DNA of 64,000 bases from Lingula anatina (lineage: Eukaryota; Animalia; Brachiopoda): contig CM120640.1 in NCBI GenBank assembly GCA_051362555.1, positions 10,354,001 to 10,418,000 on the forward strand, written 5' to 3'. Under the pieces are notes generated by a model, which saw nothing but the letters and a program-made list of their open reading frames with translations, was not told the DNA's origin and made no database searches. Both the position numbers and the translations under genes were made by a program. Of this stretch, positions 57,285 to 64,000 are shown one piece after another. Numbering within the stretch: the stretch's first letter is position 1; every line of letters begins with the position of its first letter.

Positions 57285-60200
57285 ACTTGTGCTTTTTTAA
57301 GTGTTCAACTTTATGGAACTTTTAAATCATGTTAATAAAAAATAATAAATAAAAAAAAGACATTTTTCTTCTACTCTCGAGTTTCACAGGCACACATTGT
57401 ACATTTACCTGTATTGAACTGCTTAGCTGGTTGTTCTTCTTCTGTGTCATCCCAGTCTGTGACATCTGTTGCAATGGGAGAGTCTATAATATTTTTGGAA
57501 AGTCTATAAAAATTTGTGGTTATTACAGTCCACTAATTTTGTCATAATCAACCTCTGATACAACTCCAATATATCAGAAACGCATATTTATAAGATCTGT
57601 TCTGAAAAGACTTTTCAGTGAGTTATTATGAAATCAATTACAAAATTCCCTCTTTGGATTGTGTTTTATAAATAAATCCTCTTAAAAACTGTTACCTCTT
57701 ACATACAAGATATTGCATGGGCATACTGGAAAGACAGTAAAACACCTTCATAACTCTTTCCACAGTGTCTTATTTTCTTCCCTATCATGTATATCACCAA
57801 ACAAATACTACCTCAGTAGAAATTTCCTCACCTTCTCTCATCCTTATTTTTTTTCCTGAAGAATTTTTGGGTCTCTCTGAACTCTTCCCGTGGCTTGAGT
57901 CACCACCTATTTTCCTACCTAGCACAGGTGTGCTTGAAGGTTCTAAATCAGGTAATTCATCTGACTGGCTGGACCCTTCTCCTCTTTCATCATCGTCATC
58001 ACTGTCTAGGACCACGACATCATCTTCATCCCTTGGCTGAGATTCTGGAAGCTTCCGTACCCATTCAGCGGTCTTTTCTTTAATGGGGTCTGACTTTTCC
58101 TTGGCTGGTTTTACAGACCTGTAAAACACAGAGTTAAAATACTAACTTCATGAGAATCCCATTGATTGCATACAAAAAAAAAAAAAAAAAACTTCCTCAG
58201 CAGTGCACCTAACAGGAAAAAAGAAATAATTGTTAATTAAATGTCCTGATGATAAATCTTTTATTTTCCTGCTGATGTCATTATCATTTTCAGACCCATA
58301 TAAGCCTACTACATTATACTGTAACTAAAAATTATTGAACTACTATATAATACTTTCACACGCCAAGTTTCTGGTTATTAACTTTGGGAAGACAGTTATC
58401 TGGTAATACACATGTTACTCACCATTCCTGTCCCTTCTCTGCAGAATCTCTCCTGATAACTAGCTTGATGTTCTCATCTCTGCGTTCACCACTCCTACTT
58501 CTGTCAGCTTCCCTTCTCCTGAAATATAATATGGCACAACTGTAGCAGCAGAACAACCAATGTATTATAAGAACTAGAAAAAAATTTTAATTGCTCTGTT
58601 CAACACAGACATTTTGTGTAATAAACTTGTCAAAGCTCATGAATTTGTCATGCACTGGAGCAAATACCCTGCATCTTTTTCTGTTTTCTTTTTAAACAAT
58701 TGAATTTTCGTATAAAAGATTACATATGAGTTACAAAATTACAAACAAACCAGGGTAAAATCTCCAGTGAGCACCTGCAAATTAAATTTAGAATAAATCT
58801 GTCATTCATATTTCTTTCTTTAGCCAGCACAGCAATAACCAAGACAAATTATGTCAAGCAAATAGTTTAGAGTAATGATAGGTACATCAGTGAATGCGTG
58901 CAAAAACTACCAACAATAAAAACAGATCACTCTATGAGGTAAATTGAAAGTCCTATGGAAATTATTGAAGTCAACAAAGAGCAAGGGGTGAATAATTATT
59001 ATCTAGGAAGCAAAATTCTCAAGCTGGCACCTGATACTCCAAAGGCAGAAGAAGCTACAATAAAGCATCCCAAATAACCACAGGAAGCAAGACACCACTG
59101 AACATGCAGTAAAACAAAGCTATAAAACACGACTTCAATCAAACATAAAACTTTAAGGGATAGTTTGTGATTTTTTGTCTGTGCAAGTAAACTACATTTC
59201 TGCCCTCAAGGATTTTGTCGTTTTTTCAGTGATTGAATCACTCCCAGAGAAAATACTACTTTACACAGCTTCAGTTGTTTTCTTTTTATTTCAATAGTTT
59301 TCCTCCAAACTCAAAAACTCTCCCTTAAAATGCAGGATGACTTTCTGTAAATCAATCAATTTGGCAATGAGACAACAGACAATTTGCAGCATGTTTATTG
59401 TCTGCCTAAAAGAGAACAAAGGCAGCACCACATCTATTAAGAATCCAAATTCCAACCTTGTGGACCTCTGACGCAGAGTAAACGGAGCTCCACTTTCTGA
59501 AGAATCCTCCTTGCCAATGTATTTTTCACCAGAGTAAGTGCTGAAATGTAATTTGTCTATCCAATTAGGTAACCAGTCTAGTGTCAATTGGTTTTGGTCA
59601 CTGTCCAATTTGTGTTTTTCCATTCTATTTCAGGTAATGTAACTACCTGCCAGTAGTAGTTCAAGATACATAAAACAGCAATGTTTGTACATTATCTTCA
59701 TGTAAGAAGACACAAGTTACTTTATGCAGTGGACATGATATTTAAACATAAATTTCCATAAATATATTCCTTCCAAAAGAGTCACATTAGCTATTGTGCA
59801 CGATTAAAATCCTTCACAACATTTTCAAAGTATATATATAGATATCTCATTATGTTTGCCTCACATTACCTGTCTGAGTCTCCTCCCTCATCATCTTCAT
59901 CCTCCTCCTCCTCCTCTTCTTCCTCTTCAACCTCCTCACCCACACCCTCATCAGCATCAGGATCTACAACATCAGCCTCATATCCCTCCTTCATTTGCTC
60001 TACCACATCTAAGTAGTCCAACTCTGCCAGGTATTCATCTCCATAGTTGTGACCATCCTGTCATTCACATAGTTAATCTATTATTTCTCAACAAGAATTT
60101 ACAATTTAAAAGAGAATAGTTTTACAAGAAACTTACTGGTAAGCATAGTTTTATAAAATCACAACAGAAACACCATTTTCTGGAAGACTATGATAAGGAC

Positions 60201-63200
60201 TTACACTTTGCATGCAGCTACCTAGTTAGGAAATCAGACTTTCAAGTATGAAGCATCTAAAATGCACCTTACCTCATTAGCACCTTGTTCTGTGAGGAGT
60301 TGTCCTGCATATATGCAGACAAACCCTCCCTCAGGTATGTCATCAAGGCAGCGAAGGCCCCAGCCCCTGGAATGAACAGGTAAAGAATGTGAGACCAGGC
60401 ATCTAGCTATTTGACGGTCATTTCAACTGCCCCATTTCTTATTAAACAAACATGGACTTCACACTTTAAGGGCAAATTTAAGAGCAAATGAATGTTCATT
60501 ATAAAATTAATTATAAATTGGTTTGTACAATTAAGTCACATAAATGGCATTCTAATCAACTTTAAATAATGGATAAATCAATAACTGTTATTTATTTCTT
60601 TTACTAATTAGTTTTGTTGTACCTTTTCTCAGTCTTGAAAACCTGAAGTCTGAGCTGCTGACCATTCTGTGCAACCCTGTTCACACACCTACAGTCACAC
60701 TTGCAACGAGAATTGCATTCAAAGATTCTGAAAATAACCAAAAATTTCATTAAACAAATATCTTTTCTAAAGTACCACCCATACATACACAAAAAAGAGA
60801 AGCATGTTATTTTCAACGAGTGTCATTCATCAATAATCCACTTGTCTTTAAGGTGGGCGTCTTTAAATCTATACAAAATTCTGAATGAGCCTTTGTTCAC
60901 ATTTACAATATAACTTGAACACATTTGCATATGCTTATGCATTTCATCTACTCACCCTGTACGTAAGGAGTCTACCAGTCTTCTGTGTTGGTATCCAGGA
61001 ATACCATCAACCATCTGGTTTGGAATAGCTTCAGCCGCCTGAATGGTTAACTGACGACAGCTGCACTTTGTGTGGTCCTAGAAAAATACCAATAGATCAA
61101 ATCTTACAATATAATTCACCAATTCAACATGGCTAAAATATCATTTATTTCTTTTCCAATAAATGCAGCTGGAAATACATATTTTGTCTCCTTCATCCTT
61201 CCACACTAAAGTGTGAGAGGTTTTGCATGTTTTGTTGTATGGGTTGTACGCATTATCTTAAACTGTGTAAAAAAACGAAAATGAACAAACAACAAAGCTT
61301 TCAAATGCAACTTGCATGGAAGTTGTTAAAAATTGCTCAATTTTAGTTGACTTTGCATAGACATACCCTGCAGCCATCAGTGCAGTCACACCCTGATAAG
61401 AAGTCTGGATCCAGATTCAGTTTGACACCCCTGGCAGGGAGTCTTTGGTTAGAGTACTCCACATACTCAGGGTACTGGCGGTCAATGCCATTTACACAGG
61501 AAATGGGAACAGTCTCTTTGCCATAGGACAAGTCTTTGATATCACAGAATGTCTGGAAAAAATTTACAAAATAATGCCAAATGACATCTAGCAATTAAAA
61601 AGAATATTATATTTTGAAAACATGATAATCAACAGAAGTCAAGCTGAAGGAGGTTAAAAACTTTCCATACATTTTTCAACACATCTATCCCATCCAGTAT
61701 AAATGTAACAACACCAATAGCAATAAAAATAGAAATCAGGAAAGTATTCAAATATCTATAAGTATTGTTTTTACCTTTAATGGCACAAATTCACTGTGAG
61801 TGTGTAGAAACTGGCTAAAGCAAAAAAGATCAATGGTCAGCCTGCAATCTGTAACAACCAAGTAGCGGTCAGTTTCATCTAAAGTCCTTAGTCTTCGTGC
61901 ACATGGTGCCCTGTAGAAGACCACCCTTTTACCACTTCCTTTCATCTTTGCTAATTGCCTAAAAAAGAAAAAAAGTTTATCCTACATAATCCTATACAAT
62001 GTCATAACTACCCTCTCTTTATCTGACATTTCATGATAACCCGTTTATCCTTCTCTATGCATTATGACTACTTTGGAGTTTATAAAATTAGCTCACCTCT
62101 CCCAGCCACACAACATTGGAATCAGAAGTGGATTATTTCCCCTGTACTTTGATGGGTCTTCATTAGCATCCTTAAGACAATCAGGACTACAGGTATGTGG
62201 TTCTGCAACACAAAATTATATCAATGATTGGATTTATCTTGAAAGACCACTATTTTGTCTGTAAAGATACTTTGAATTTCTGACATTTTTTTTTCAACTG
62301 TTTACTCACTGAATTTCCTTCTGACTGTGTTTCTCTCAGGTAGAGGGTCTATATCAATCCTTTCACCTAGAGCCTCTTCATCTGCAGAAAAAAATATTCA
62401 ATTTTAAAATGAAATTCTTCAGCCAATACCCATTTCTAATGAAAGTTATAATTCCTTAACCCACTTTTGTATTTCTAAGAAAATGAATGTGCTTAAAATT
62501 CTGACTGCTAAATCTTAGTGAACAGGTAACAGTGTATTATTTACTTACCTACTTGGTTGAACCTATCGTGCAATACAGATGCCATATCTTTGCCTATAGT
62601 TCTATTACTGATACTGCTGGCCAAATATTCTGAAAAAAAAAAATTTGCTGTATTTAATCACTTAATCATGGAGATTATGTATAGTTGTCCATTTATCATG
62701 AAAAGTGGCAAATATAAAGAGTTATGAATCTCTCTACAAAAAATAAACAGATAAATAAGCTTATAAATACATTTCCAACCATATGAAACATTTGGTTCAA
62801 TTTTTAAAAAATCATTTTATCAATTAATCACAAGGGACTTTGTAAAAATCTATAACTCTCTTAAGGAGATTGGATAACCTACAAATTTATGAATCTTTTA
62901 ACAAGAAAAAAAGAAAGAAAGAACATTTTAACAATAAGAAATTTATCGGTAAATCTACTTACCATTTTTCTTTTGAAATGCAGTTCCTGGCTTTTTCCCT
63001 TTCACTGCAGTGCTCTTCTTAGCAACAGCACGTTTCGGACTTGTGGAACTATTTGATGATGGTCTACTTTGTGCAGATTCTGTAATGTCATGAGAAATTA
63101 AGTATTTTATGTAACTTATAGTTTCTTAAAAGTTCGATATAATGGCCAATCTTATCCTTTCATAAAACTTCTTAAAATTCTTATCATCTTCTTTCCTCAC

Positions 63201-63794
63201 ATTTTTTTTTTTTTGCTCATTAACTTCGACACCTTCTCACCAATCATGATTGAAAGAACATCTAGGACTCACGTAGCCTCTTGAACAGATCTTCCTCTGC
63301 TCCTCGTGTGTATTCTACCACAGGTTTCTTAGCACCTTTCATGATTGTGTTGACCTTTGCATTCAGTCTCTGCTTCTTGGCACTCCCTAATCTCTTAGAA
63401 GCCTCAGCATTGGCCTGACAAGAAAAAAAATATCTTCAAGATTAAGCCTTTCATAGATATCACCAAATATTTCTGACAAGTATAAATATAGTGTTTTCCT
63501 GAAACTTTTTATGAGCTGTCCACTTACATTGAACAATGTAACAATATGGTTCTTATTTTTTTTGAGTGGTTCACAATTTATCAAAATAACATTTGGATAG
63601 AAACTTCACTGACATTTTAACAATTCATTAAGTAAGAATCAGCATACTCGATTACATAAAAGCCAACACTTACCAATGCAGTGAATAAAGGTTCCAGACG
63701 CGTAGAGCCCCGATAAATCCACTCTGATCTTTTATCAGCCTCAAAGTACATGTGAACCAAACTGGCATCCACAGCCACCACCTTGGCCTTCCAC
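53447..63794 (-). CDS. SETDB1: Histone-lysine N-methyltransferase SETDB1/eggless (5' part outside window)
   Basis: Minus-strand exons: 63794-63674, 63414-63273, 63079-62963, 62629-62549, 62381-62310, 62202-62097, 61958-61775, 61552-61367, 61077-60956, 60727-60623, 60366-60273, 60057-59870, 59540-59457, 58518-58423, 58118-57832, 57503-57409, 57072-56950, 56690-56572, 56315-56227, 53564-53447. Tudor ([13 protein letters not shown]), MBD ([12 protein letters not shown]), pre-SET ([16 protein letters not shown]), split SET ([10 protein letters not shown]...GDEYLAELD; [16 protein letters not shown]...ELTWDYNY) and post-SET ([13 protein letters not shown]). Confidence 0.97.
57224..57281. repeat. 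(AT)n microsatellite
   Basis: About 29 perfect units in a SETDB1 intron. Confidence 0.95.
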
Positions 63795-64000
63795 CTAGAA
63801 AATGAACCCTTGCATACATTGCACAGTGTATTTATTCAAGACTTTTAATACATTTAAGATGACAGCATTTATTTCATAACATTTACTGATGTTGAAGAAA
63901 TACTGTGGATATATCTCATGTTATAACATGAACAGCAAGCTTTTAAGATTTTTTTGTTCACACTTCTGTTTTATTTTATTTTTTTGCAAGAAAATAGAAA

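Overview
AT-rich, intron-rich animal genomic DNA. Gene and repeat style suggest an invertebrate, probably a lophotrochozoan or mollusc (inference only). Three spliced protein-coding genes were traced by hand through GT-AG junctions with consistent reading phase. (1) A complete + strand UPF0606/KIAA1549-like single-pass membrane protein (5533-23179, about 2549 aa), with a signal-peptide exon, a 5.4-kb Ser/Thr-rich exon, an RSKR motif and a TM helix. (2) A complete - strand HIPK kinase (27105-46156, about 1250 aa, 5' exon and promoter near 49.9-50.1 kb), convergent with gene 1. (3) The 3' part of a - strand SETDB1/eggless H3K9 methyltransferase (53447 to beyond the window end). Mobile DNA includes a non-autonomous Helentron/HINE carrying five 146-bp repeats and a 232-bp fold-back (124-2011), one MITE nested in the TIR of another (17097-17892), and several small MITEs. 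Most notable: HIPK next to a KIAA1549-family gene as in vertebrates, a circHIPK-like 995-nt exon, several frame-preserving candidate microexons, DR1 elements arrayed in the repeat, and a decayed triplication of a HIPK splice donor. I cannot demonstrate a new system from sequence alone. All homology calls are from recalled motifs, not database searches.
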